A stretch of 42,655 nucleotides of DNA, taken from the IMG/VR virus record IMGVR_UViG_3300003972_000019, positions 1 through 42,655 of that record. One strand, 5' to 3'. Position numbers and translations under genes: made by a program. The stretch is from a virus. Lineage: Duplodnaviria; Caudoviricetes. Below are positions 35,668-42,655 of the stretch, piece by piece (positions within the stretch are counted from its first letter, which is position 1; every line of letters starts with the position of its first letter). The notes under the pieces are model-generated. The model did not search any database. It was not told the origin of the DNA and saw only the letters and a program-made list of their open reading frames with translations.

Positions 35668-36593
35668 ACCACGTGATCCCTGCCGATACCCGGAATGCCG
35701 ACGAGCTGGCCCGCCAGCTGGCCGCGCAGTGGGCGCCGGCCCGCCCGGTCGTCGAGTCCCGAGACGAGGACTACGACCAGGAGGACGAGTGCACCGGCTA
35801 CGGCGGCTGTGACTGCTCGCGGCATGTGCACGACGAGCGGGTGCGCACCGCCCGGTGCCAGCTCGGCCGCGGCACCGGCGCCGCAGGCTGCGACCGGCCG
35901 ACCCGGTACCGGCTGCGGCTGTGGCGGCCGGGTGGCGGCACCAGGGTTCAGCGCAAGGAACTGGGCCTGACCGAGCGCCCCGACGAGTGGACCGACTTCG
36001 GGGAGGACCGCATCTTCCTGACCGGGTCCGAGCGCTACGCCTGCGACAAGCCGCACGCCCACCAGCTCGCCGAGCATCTGCGCGAGCGCTACGCCCGGCC
36101 CGACGACACCGAGCTGACCCGCTGGCGCGTGCTGATCGAGCCGTGGCGCTACGAACCGGACGCCTACGACCTGGACAACATCGGCCTGGTGTGGCTGGCC
36201 GACCTGGGCAGGAGCATCGGCTACGACGTCGCCGAGCTGGTCGACCTGGTCAACCCGCACACCGTGCACCGCAGCCGCGACGCCCGGTTCTACCTCGACA
36301 CCGCGCGCCGCCGCGCGGCCGAGCTGGTGCGCGAGCTGGCCAAGCTCGACACCCGGCCCCTGCCGCAACGCCACTACGTCGGCAGCATCCCGCTTGAGGT
36401 CCAGGCCGTGCAGTCCCGACGCGACGGTGGCGACTACATCCGGCGGCGCGCCGCGGGCCTGACCCACGGCTGGTACTCGATGGACGCTGACCGGGGTTTC
36501 GCGTCCGACGACGAGCTGCTGGCCGCCTACCCCGAGGGCCTCTACGAGCCGCAGGGGTCCGAGCTGGTGCCCATGCCCGACGAGTACCGATGA
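35664..36593 (+). CDS. Hypothetical protein (309 aa, Cys/His clusters)
   Basis: ATGA overlaps at both ends; RBS GGAAGGA. Confidence 0.7.
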   Translation: MNHVIPADTRNADELARQLAAQWAPARPVVESRDEDYDQEDECTGYGGCDCSRHVHDERVRTARCQLGRGTGAAGCDRPTRYRLRLWRPGGGTRVQRKELGLTERPDEWTDFGEDRIFLTGSERYACDKPHAHQLAEHLRERYARPDDTELTRWRVLIEPWRYEPDAYDLDNIGLVWLADLGRSIGYDVAELVDLVNPHTVHRSRDARFYLDTARRRAAELVRELAKLDTRPLPQRHYVGSIPLEVQAVQSRRDGGDYIRRRAAGLTHGWYSMDADRGFASDDELLAAYPEGLYEPQGSELVPMPDEYR

Positions 36594-37765
36594 ACACCCC
36601 GGCCGAGGTCGAGGTCTTCGAGGCCGAGCTGGTCGACGAGCCCGCAGGCAGGTTGCCCGCGGTGCCCGGCCAGCCCGGCGCGGTCGACGTCGACCGGTAC
36701 CTGTCCCCCGACACGCTGCGGCTCATCGCCGCGTCGGTGTCGCTCGACGCCGCGCGCGCCCGCGCCAGGATGCTGTTCGGCCAGGTCGTCGGGAAGGGCG
36801 ACCGGCCGGGCGAGCTGCGCACCATCGGCCCGGCGGACGGCATCTGGCCCGAGATGTGCTGGCTGGCCTGGTGCGCGCGGCACGGCCGGCAGGCCGGCAC
36901 CGCCGGTGTCCCGGCCACTCCGGAGACGCTGGCGGACTGGGTCGCCGAGCTGCTCTCACGAGGCGTGGGCTACTCGGCGATCAAGCAAGCCCGCGCGGCG
37001 GTCGGGTGGCTGCACGAGCAGCACGGGCACGAGGGGCACCCGCTGCCCAGGCTCGCCGGTCGGGTGGTGGCCGGTCACCGGCGCATCGCGGCCGAGGACG
37101 GCACCGCCACGCCGGTCAAGCGGGCCACGCCGGTGACGCTGTCGGTGCTGCGCGCGATGGTCGAGGCGATGGCCGAGCACCGCGCGGCCCTGCCGCTGCT
37201 CAACGCGCGGGACCGGGTGCTGCTGCTGCTCGGGGTGCCCGGGATGCTGCGGCGCTCGGAGTTGGCGCGGTTGCGGCTCAAGCACGTCACGGTCGAGGAC
37301 CGCGGACTGCGGCTGTGGCTGCCCACCAGCAAGACGGACAAGGGCAGCAAGGGCGCCGAGGTCGGTGTGCCGATGGGCCACCACCCCGAGACCTGCCCGA
37401 AAACGCAGTTCCTGGCGTGGCGGGCGGTGCTGGCCGAGCACGGCCTGGACCACGGCGACCAGCCGGTGCTGTGCTCGGTGCGCGTCTACGGGCGCGGCCG
37501 ACACGAACGGCTGGTCGGCAACCGGCTCGACGGCCGCGACGTCGACCGCGCGGTCAAGTCCCTGGCCGACCTGGCGGGCCTGCCCGCCGCGGCCTGGTCG
37601 GGGCACTCGCTGCGCGCCGGCGGCGCCACCTCGGCCTACGAGGGCGGCGCCGACATCAAGGCCATCATGGAACAGGGCCGCTGGCTCACCGTCGAGATCG
37701 TCATGGACTACATCCGGCGCGTGCAGAGCTGGGACATCAACGCCGCGTCCAAGATCGGCCTGTGA
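36590..37765 (+). CDS. Cre-like tyrosine recombinase (probable multimer resolvase)
   Basis: RDRVLLLLG...LRRSEL (R), SKTD (K), SGHSLRAGGAT (HxxR), GRW (W), MDYIR (Y); no obvious N-terminal arm-binding domain. Confidence 0.9.
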   Translation: MNTPAEVEVFEAELVDEPAGRLPAVPGQPGAVDVDRYLSPDTLRLIAASVSLDAARARARMLFGQVVGKGDRPGELRTIGPADGIWPEMCWLAWCARHGRQAGTAGVPATPETLADWVAELLSRGVGYSAIKQARAAVGWLHEQHGHEGHPLPRLAGRVVAGHRRIAAEDGTATPVKRATPVTLSVLRAMVEAMAEHRAALPLLNARDRVLLLLGVPGMLRRSELARLRLKHVTVEDRGLRLWLPTSKTDKGSKGAEVGVPMGHHPETCPKTQFLAWRAVLAEHGLDHGDQPVLCSVRVYGRGRHERLVGNRLDGRDVDRAVKSLADLAGLPAAAWSGHSLRAGGATSAYEGGADIKAIMEQGRWLTVEIVMDYIRRVQSWDINAASKIGL

Positions 37766-37977
37766 TGACCGGGCCGAACGTGGTGTCGACGAGGATGGTG
37801 CTGTGCCGGCGGGGTCGGCAGGCCGAGGTCGTCACCGGTCGCCGGTGCACCACCTGCGGCTGGTCGACGACCGACCCCGCCGTCGACCCCGCCGACGACG
37901 AGGGCGTGCTGTTCGGTGCCGCCGAGCTGCGCGCGGAGCACACTGCCGAGCAGTGCGAGCAGCGCCGGACCCGCTAG
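37765..37977 (+). CDS. Small Zn-finger-like hypothetical protein
   Basis: TGATG coupling; CTTCGW...H....C. Confidence 0.55.
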   Translation: MTGPNVVSTRMVLCRRGRQAEVVTGRRCTTCGWSTTDPAVDPADDEGVLFGAAELRAEHTAEQCEQRRTR

Positions 37978-37988
37978 CCGCAACACGA

Positions 37989-38026
37989 CAGAGGGCCCCG
38001 ACCACCAGCGTGGTCGGGGCCCTCTG
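37989..38026. terminator. Bidirectional terminator between convergent genes
   Basis: 17-bp perfect stem, 4-nt loop. Confidence 0.8.
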
Positions 38027-38045
38027 CGTCCGCCTGTGGACCGGG

Positions 38046-38180
38046 TCAGTTCAGCTGTTCGCCGTCGCGCTCGTCGGCCGGCTTGAGCGCGTCGCACCAC
38101 TGCGCGTGGTAGGTGCCCACGGCCGCGCCGCAGTTGCACTCGGGCTGGTGGTCGCTGGTCAGGATGTGCAGGATGATCAC
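38046..38180 (-). CDS. Small Cys/His peptide (44 aa)
   Basis: GTG after AGGAGG; CNCG...YHAQWC. Confidence 0.6.
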   Translation of the reverse strand: MIILHILTSDHQPECNCGAAVGTYHAQWCDALKPADERDGEQLN

Positions 38181-38269
38181 GATTCCTCCTGGTGGTGTCG
38201 CCGGTCGGGGGTCGATCGGGGCCTGGCGGGTACGGGCGGTGCGTCCCCACGACGCACCGCCCGGCGGGG

Positions 38270-38557
38270 CTAGTTGGCCGGCAGGCCGTCGAGCAGGTGG
38301 TTGACCGTGCCCGGCAGCCGGTGGGTGTGGGCGCCGGTGGCGCTGATCTTCTGGTTCAGCCGGTGGTCGACCCACCGCAGCAGCACCGGGTCGGTGTGCT
38401 CGGCACGCGCGGCCAGGCACGCCGCCTTGAAGGGGCGCGAGCCCTGACGCCACGCCTCGAACAGCCGGGTGGTCAGGCTGTCCAGCAGCGCGCCGTCGAG
38501 GCTGTCCAGCTCGGCCTGCAGGTGGTCCTGGTAGCTGAGCTTCGTGGTGGTCGTCAT
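38270..38557 (-). CDS. Hypothetical protein (95 aa)
   Basis: ATG after GAAAGGGA; promoter at 38591-38619. Confidence 0.75.
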   Translation of the reverse strand: MTTTTKLSYQDHLQAELDSLDGALLDSLTTRLFEAWRQGSRPFKAACLAARAEHTDPVLLRWVDHRLNQKISATGAHTHRLPGTVNHLLDGLPAN

Positions 38558-38590
38558 GGCGTTCCCTTCTCGGTGAGCGGTACCTGCGCC

Positions 38591-38651
38591 ACACTAGATG
38601 CACAGTTCTGTACGGTCAAATTTGACCGTACGAAAGTGGACACGTAGCGTC
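38591..38651. promoter_or_regulatory. Back-to-back promoters whose -35 boxes form a perfect 22-bp palindrome
   Basis: GTACGGTCAAATTTGACCGTAC (38610-38631); plus strand TTGACC-N18-TAGCGT; minus strand TTGACC-N17-TAGTGT. Confidence 0.75.
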
Positions 38652-38656
38652 TGGGC

Positions 38657-39178
38657 ATGGACCAAACCCGTGCTGAACAGGCACTCGCCACCTGGGGTGC
38701 CAACTACCGCGACCGCGACGTCTACGTCCTGCGCGGCCTGCTCGCCGGCCTCAACAAGAACCGCGTCCACCAGCTGACCGGCCTGTCCCGCACCACGATC
38801 GAGGCCGTGCTGCGGGAGTACGTCGACCGCGCCACCGGCGAACCGGTGGTCGACCTGGCCGCCGTGCTGCGCGCCAAGGCCCGCGCGCTCACCGGCATGA
38901 CCGCGCCCGAGTTCGACCACTCGCTGTTCGTCGGCGACGGGCGCGCGGCCGCCGCGATGGCCACCGCCGCGTACCTGCTGGCCAACGAGGACCACCCCGA
39001 AGTCCAGCCCGGTGACGGCGAGCGGGTTCTGGCCGAGCGGCGGCAGCGGGGTGACGCGCTCTACGAGCAGGCGCTGCCGCAGGTCGAGGCGATGACCGCC
39101 CGCGCCAAGCGGCGTAAGTACAGCGCCTGGTCGACCGCCGCGCAGGCCGCCGGCCAGAAGATCGGTTACGCCGACTGA
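38657..39178 (+). CDS. HTH DNA-binding protein, probably leaderless
   Basis: GLNKNRVHQLTGLSRTTIEAVL HTH; ATG 5 nt after the -10 box. Confidence 0.7.
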   Translation: MDQTRAEQALATWGANYRDRDVYVLRGLLAGLNKNRVHQLTGLSRTTIEAVLREYVDRATGEPVVDLAAVLRAKARALTGMTAPEFDHSLFVGDGRAAAAMATAAYLLANEDHPEVQPGDGERVLAERRQRGDALYEQALPQVEAMTARAKRRKYSAWSTAAQAAGQKIGYAD

Positions 39179-39189
39179 CCCCGGACGGC

Positions 39190-39233
39190 ACGAGGGCCCG
39201 GTCACCGCCGCAGAGCGGTGACCGGGCCCTCGT
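39190..39233. terminator. Bidirectional terminator
   Basis: 19-bp perfect stem between convergent genes. Confidence 0.8.
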
Positions 39234-39273
39234 CGTCCTACAGCCCCGCCGGCACGGGAACGTGTGTGCACGG

Positions 39274-39654
39274 TCAGCTGTCGTGATCCTCGCCGGACTC
39301 GTCCGGCGCCGTGTGCGGGTCCGAAGGTAGCGCGTCGAGGTCCAGCGCCAGCTGGCGGCCGCGGCCGACGAACGGCGGCGCGGCACGGTGTTGGCCCAGG
39401 CGCGCGCAGCGGCCGCAGGTGACCTCGTCGTGGGTGGGCCGCAGCCGGGTGAAGTCCCAGCCATCGCTGCCGACGTGGCAGGCCGGGCTGGGCACGGTGA
39501 ACCCGCCCAGCGGCCAGTCACGCAGCTCGACCAGGTGCACGGCGCCGTCCTCGGACAGCCGGCCGTTGCGGCCGCCCGAGAACTGGCCGCGCGCGTGCGC
39601 CGCGCTGGTGGCCAGGACCGCGGCGCGGCGGACGTCGTCGGGGGTGGTGCTCAC
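39274..39654 (-). CDS. Hypothetical protein with putative metal-binding residues
   Basis: GTGA overlap; VH...PACH...VTCGRC. Confidence 0.65.
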   Translation of the reverse strand: MSTTPDDVRRAAVLATSAAHARGQFSGGRNGRLSEDGAVHLVELRDWPLGGFTVPSPACHVGSDGWDFTRLRPTHDEVTCGRCARLGQHRAAPPFVGRGRQLALDLDALPSDPHTAPDESGEDHDS

Positions 39655-40034
39655 GTGGTGGGGTCCGCCTTCCGCGCTGCCTCGGTGGCCTCGGCCAGCG
39701 CGTGGCGCGCGGCCGCGGCCCGATCGAACGTCGACAGCATGTCCGCGGCGTAGGTGGCGTACCGGGCGGACTCGGGGCACTGCCCGACCAGGTCCCTGGC
39801 GGTGGCGTAGACGTCCAGGTCGTCGTCGGCCAGGGCGGTGCCGGCGGTGCAGAGCAGCGCGCGCACCAGCAGCTCGTCGAGCCGCTCGCCGGGCTGCTCG
39901 CCGGCGATGGCCTCGACCGCGCGCCGGAAGTCGCCGAGGTCTGCGCGCCCCTGCCGGCACAGCCGCACCAGCGAGACCAGCTCGTCGACCCAGGTGCCGA
40001 GGTCGTCGGGATCGGGGGCTTGGTCTTCGGGCAT
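39651..40034 (-). CDS. Hypothetical protein
   Basis: ATG after GGAAGG; MPEDQAPDPDDLGTWVDELV... Confidence 0.65.
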   Translation of the reverse strand: MPEDQAPDPDDLGTWVDELVSLVRLCRQGRADLGDFRRAVEAIAGEQPGERLDELLVRALLCTAGTALADDDLDVYATARDLVGQCPESARYATYAADMLSTFDRAAAARHALAEATEAARKADPTT

Positions 40035-40138
40035 CGTTCCCGCCTTCCCGGGTTCCGGGGATTCAAGGGTGGTGCGGCGGGCCCGGTGAGGGCCCGCCGC
40101 TTTGCGGTGCTGCGTGTTGATCACGGCGCTACGGTGTG

Positions 40139-40177
40139 CGCGGTGACCAGCCAGATTGGTGCTGGCTGGTCACCGCG
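40139..40177 (-). terminator. Terminator immediately after traB
   Basis: 16-bp perfect stem CGCGGTGACCAGCCAG / CTGGCTGGTCACCGCG abutting the stop codon. Confidence 0.75.
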
Positions 40178-42376
40178 TCAGCCGTTGAAGAACCCGTCCG
40201 CCTCGGTCTTGAGGGACGCGCGCAGCCTGGTCAGCGCGTCGTCGAAGTCGGACAGCCGGTAGCCCTTCGGGTTGGTGCCGTCCGGCAGGTTCATGTCCCG
40301 CCGCATCGGGCGCAGGTCGGGGCCGAACAGGCCCGTCAGCCGCGCGGTGACCTGTTCGCGCTCGATCGGCTCGCCGTGCCGGCGGCAGTACTCGGCGATC
40401 TCCCCCACGCTGGCCCGCACCGGGTCGCGCCCGGCGCCCGCGGCCAGGATGGCGTCACGGATCATCATGATCAGCGGCGCCACGCCCTGGTCGACACCGG
40501 CGCCGAAGAACCGGTCCCACACCGCCTGGTCCTCGGGATGCAGCGGTCCGGCCGGGTGGGCCTCGGCGACCGCGCGGCCGCCTGCCTTGTCGGTGTAGGG
40601 CAGCCGGGCCAGCACCGGCTCGGTCCGGGCTCCCAGGACGTAGCCCTTGCCGGCGTCGTGCGCGCTGCGTTCGTCGGCCGCGCGCAGCGTCGCCGGCCGC
40701 ACACCCTGCTCACGCAGGTCCCTGGGCAGGCCCAGCTCGTCCTCGGCCGACATCGAGTGCAGCACCACGACGTCGACCTGCGACAGCAGCGCCGTGCTGC
40801 CCATGACGTCCTTGGTGCGGCGGTTGTTGGCGACGAGCAACTTGACCATGACCTTGCGGCCGGACATGGCCAGGGCCTCGACCTGCCGGCGCAGGGGCGC
40901 GTACTGGGCCAGCGAGTGGTACTCGTCGACCGCCAGCACCCACATGCCGCCCAGCTCGTCGGTCCAGTGGTCCAGGCCCGACCGGCGCAGCCGCTCGGTG
41001 CGGTCGACCACCAGCGCGCTCAGGTACTGCAGGATGCGGTCGGCGACCGACAGCCGCTCGTAGCCGAACGCCGTGACCTGCATGGCCGGCGCGAAGACGT
41101 CGAGGTCGGCGCCGCCCATCAGGTCGATGCCCAGCACCTGGGCGCCCGCGGCGATGCGCCAGCGCAGCAGTTCGCGCAGGGTCGCGGACTTCCCGCTGCC
41201 GGTGGCGCCCAGGACCAGGGCGCTCTTGGAGATGCCCAGGGTCAGCTCGTCACCGTCGAAGCACCAGCCGTGCCTGGCCAGGTCGGTGGGCTGCACGTCC
41301 GCGGGAGGCTGCACCGGCTGCACCGGCTCGGCGATGCGATCGTGCAGCACGGTGCGCACCATGTACGCCTGGGTCGAGGCGCGATCGGGCAGCACCAGCA
41401 GCCCGCCCCGGCGCACGTTGAGCAGGTGCGCGAGCTGGTCGAGTTGCGCCACGGTCAGGGCCTTGGCCATCCGGACCGGGAAGTCGTAGCCCCAGCCGGG
41501 CCCGCGCCGGGCCGGACCGACCTGGGCTCGGGCCCGCAGCTCGCCCAGGGCCCGCTTGAGCGTGGCCCTGGCGCCCTGGTCGGAGTCGTCGAGCCGCAGG
41601 CCCTCGGGCACGTCGACCTCGTCGTCGACCGGCGCGCCGCCGGGCAGGTCGTCACCGCGCATGTAGCGCCGGCCCAGCAGCAGCAGGCCCGCCACTCCCC
41701 CGGCCAGCGCACCGCCGTCGACCCACCAGGGCGTCACCTCGACCAGCAGCGGCATGCCGAACGGCACCCCGGCCGCGGCGCCCAGCAGCACCCCGGCCCG
41801 GGTCCACCTGCTCTTGCGCAGGGTCCGGGCCCGCTCGTCGACCTCGTCCATCAACGGCCGCAGGGCCTCGGGCCGGACGGTCTCCCCGGCCCGCGCGTCC
41901 ACCGCCTGGCGCGCGGCCAGCGCGGTCAGCGTGGCCCGCCGCTCGGCCAGGACCCCGGCGCGGTGCGGCTGCTGCACCCACCGGACGCACGCCTGCGGCA
42001 CCACGAACAGCCCACCGGCCGTGATCCACACCAGCCCGGTCCAGGTCCCCGACAGGACCCGGTCCCCCAGGGCCAGGACCCGGTCACGGTCCAGGGTCGA
42101 CTGGACCAGGGTCCAGGTCCCGGACCCCAGGTCCAGGACCCAGGTCCCGAACCCCCGGCCCGGGGCCTGGACCTCACGCGGGCCCTGGGCCCCGGGGCCC
42201 TGGACCTCACGCGGGCCCTGGACCTCACGCGGGCCCTGGACCCCGGGGCCCTGGACCTCACGCGGGACCTGGACCCCGGGGGGCCAGGCCGGGGCCAGGG
42301 CCCCGGTCACGACCGGACCCTGGCTCGGGACCTGGTGCCACGCAGCCGGCCATACGACGTTCTCCTGCTGAGTCAT
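40178..42376 (-). CDS. traB: TraB-type FtsK/SpoIIIE conjugative dsDNA translocase (732 aa)
   Basis: ATG 42376 after GAGAGG; N-terminal TM segments; Walker A GATGSGKS; GIDLMGG; Walker B VLAVDEY; MSGRK; C-terminal wHTH-like region ending PKGYRLSDF; in an operon with Spd-like genes opposite a GntR. Confidence 0.85.
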   Translation of the reverse strand: MTQQENVVWPAAWHQVPSQGPVVTGALAPAWPPGVQVPREVQGPGVQGPREVQGPREVQGPGAQGPREVQAPGRGFGTWVLDLGSGTWTLVQSTLDRDRVLALGDRVLSGTWTGLVWITAGGLFVVPQACVRWVQQPHRAGVLAERRATLTALAARQAVDARAGETVRPEALRPLMDEVDERARTLRKSRWTRAGVLLGAAAGVPFGMPLLVEVTPWWVDGGALAGGVAGLLLLGRRYMRGDDLPGGAPVDDEVDVPEGLRLDDSDQGARATLKRALGELRARAQVGPARRGPGWGYDFPVRMAKALTVAQLDQLAHLLNVRRGGLLVLPDRASTQAYMVRTVLHDRIAEPVQPVQPPADVQPTDLARHGWCFDGDELTLGISKSALVLGATGSGKSATLRELLRWRIAAGAQVLGIDLMGGADLDVFAPAMQVTAFGYERLSVADRILQYLSALVVDRTERLRRSGLDHWTDELGGMWVLAVDEYHSLAQYAPLRRQVEALAMSGRKVMVKLLVANNRRTKDVMGSTALLSQVDVVVLHSMSAEDELGLPRDLREQGVRPATLRAADERSAHDAGKGYVLGARTEPVLARLPYTDKAGGRAVAEAHPAGPLHPEDQAVWDRFFGAGVDQGVAPLIMMIRDAILAAGAGRDPVRASVGEIAEYCRRHGEPIEREQVTARLTGLFGPDLRPMRRDMNLPDGTNPKGYRLSDFDDALTRLRASLKTEADGFFNG
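42038..42275. repeat. Bipartite octamer array (GGTCCAGG x4 then CCTGGACC x6) inside the traB 5' end
   Basis: GGTCCAGG at 42038, 42088, 42110, 42130; CCTGGACC at 42166, 42199, 42217, 42235, 42250, 42268; two more at 9 and 30 across the junction. Confidence 0.85.
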
Positions 42377-42387
42377 TCGAGCACCTC

Positions 42388-42633
42388 TCACACCGCTACC
42401 TGGCGGCCGCTCTTGGCGGCGCGCACTGCTGCGACCAGAGGTCGCTCAATCTCCTTGGGCACCGTGCGCTCACCGCCGTTGCGCAGCCTCTTGAGCAGCC
42501 AGTCCCGGTTGAACGGCCCGGCCGGGGCCAGCTCGATGGCCACCGGCAGCAGCCGGTCGAACGCGTGCCGGTACTCGGCCGGAACCTCCGACACCACCAA
42601 CCGCGGCATGGGCGCGGTCCGCTCGGCAGCACT
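42388..42633 (-). CDS. C-terminal part of the junction-spanning SpdB2-like protein
   Basis: In frame with 900->1 after removing the 22-bp overlap: ...PEVQAPE|SAAERTAPMPRLVVSEVPAEYRHAFDRLL... Confidence 0.7.
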   Translation of the reverse strand, partial: SAAERTAPMPRLVVSEVPAEYRHAFDRLLPVAIELAPAGPFNRDWLLKRLRNGGERTVPKEIERPLVAAVRAAKSGRQVAV

Positions 42634-42655
42634 CTCGGGGGCCTGGACCTCGGGA

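Noticed and set aside
36590-37765. Classical prophage integrase with attP
   Set aside because: Cre-like motifs, no evident arm-binding domain, no tRNA-like att core nearby and no host flanks in the window.
38610-38631. Palindrome as a protelomerase telRL site (linear N15-like prophage)
   Set aside because: No protelomerase recognised, and the palindrome is fully explained by two back-to-back -35 boxes.
42166-42275. Tandem repeats as a CRISPR array
   Set aside because: Units are 15-18 bp with no unique spacers, lie inside traB, and no cas genes are present.
136-42371. Many long overlapping or antisense ORFs (e.g. 18085-21552 -, 14701-16809 -, 34062-36467 -, 3819-5519 -, 842-2290 +)
   Set aside because: Shadow ORFs expected at this GC content; they mirror well-supported genes and lack motifs and RBSs.
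40178-42376. Phage packaging ATPase or type IV secretion coupling protein
   Set aside because: A terminase is already present, no relaxase or T4SS genes were seen, and the spd/kor context indicates TraB.

Overview
High-GC actinomycete element that reads as a complete circle of 42,633 bp. Bases 1-22 equal 42634-42655, and joining the ends fuses two partial ORFs in frame. It carries a full siphovirus late module: HNH, probable cos, TerS, TerL, portal, fused protease-capsid protein, tail, a DUF1906 endolysin and holin-like genes. On the same circle is an actinomycete conjugative-plasmid module: a TraB-type FtsK translocase, Spd-like membrane proteins, a divergent KorSA-like GntR repressor, an HTH Rep with a probable internal origin, and a Cre-like recombinase with a candidate res site. 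I saw no CI/S24 repressor, ParA/ParB, DNA polymerase, primase, tRNA or CRISPR array. A near-consensus actinobacterial LexA box lies upstream of the probable late-gene regulator. Best reading: an SOS-inducible, conjugative phage-plasmid. All family calls come from motif recognition by eye; no database searches were run.
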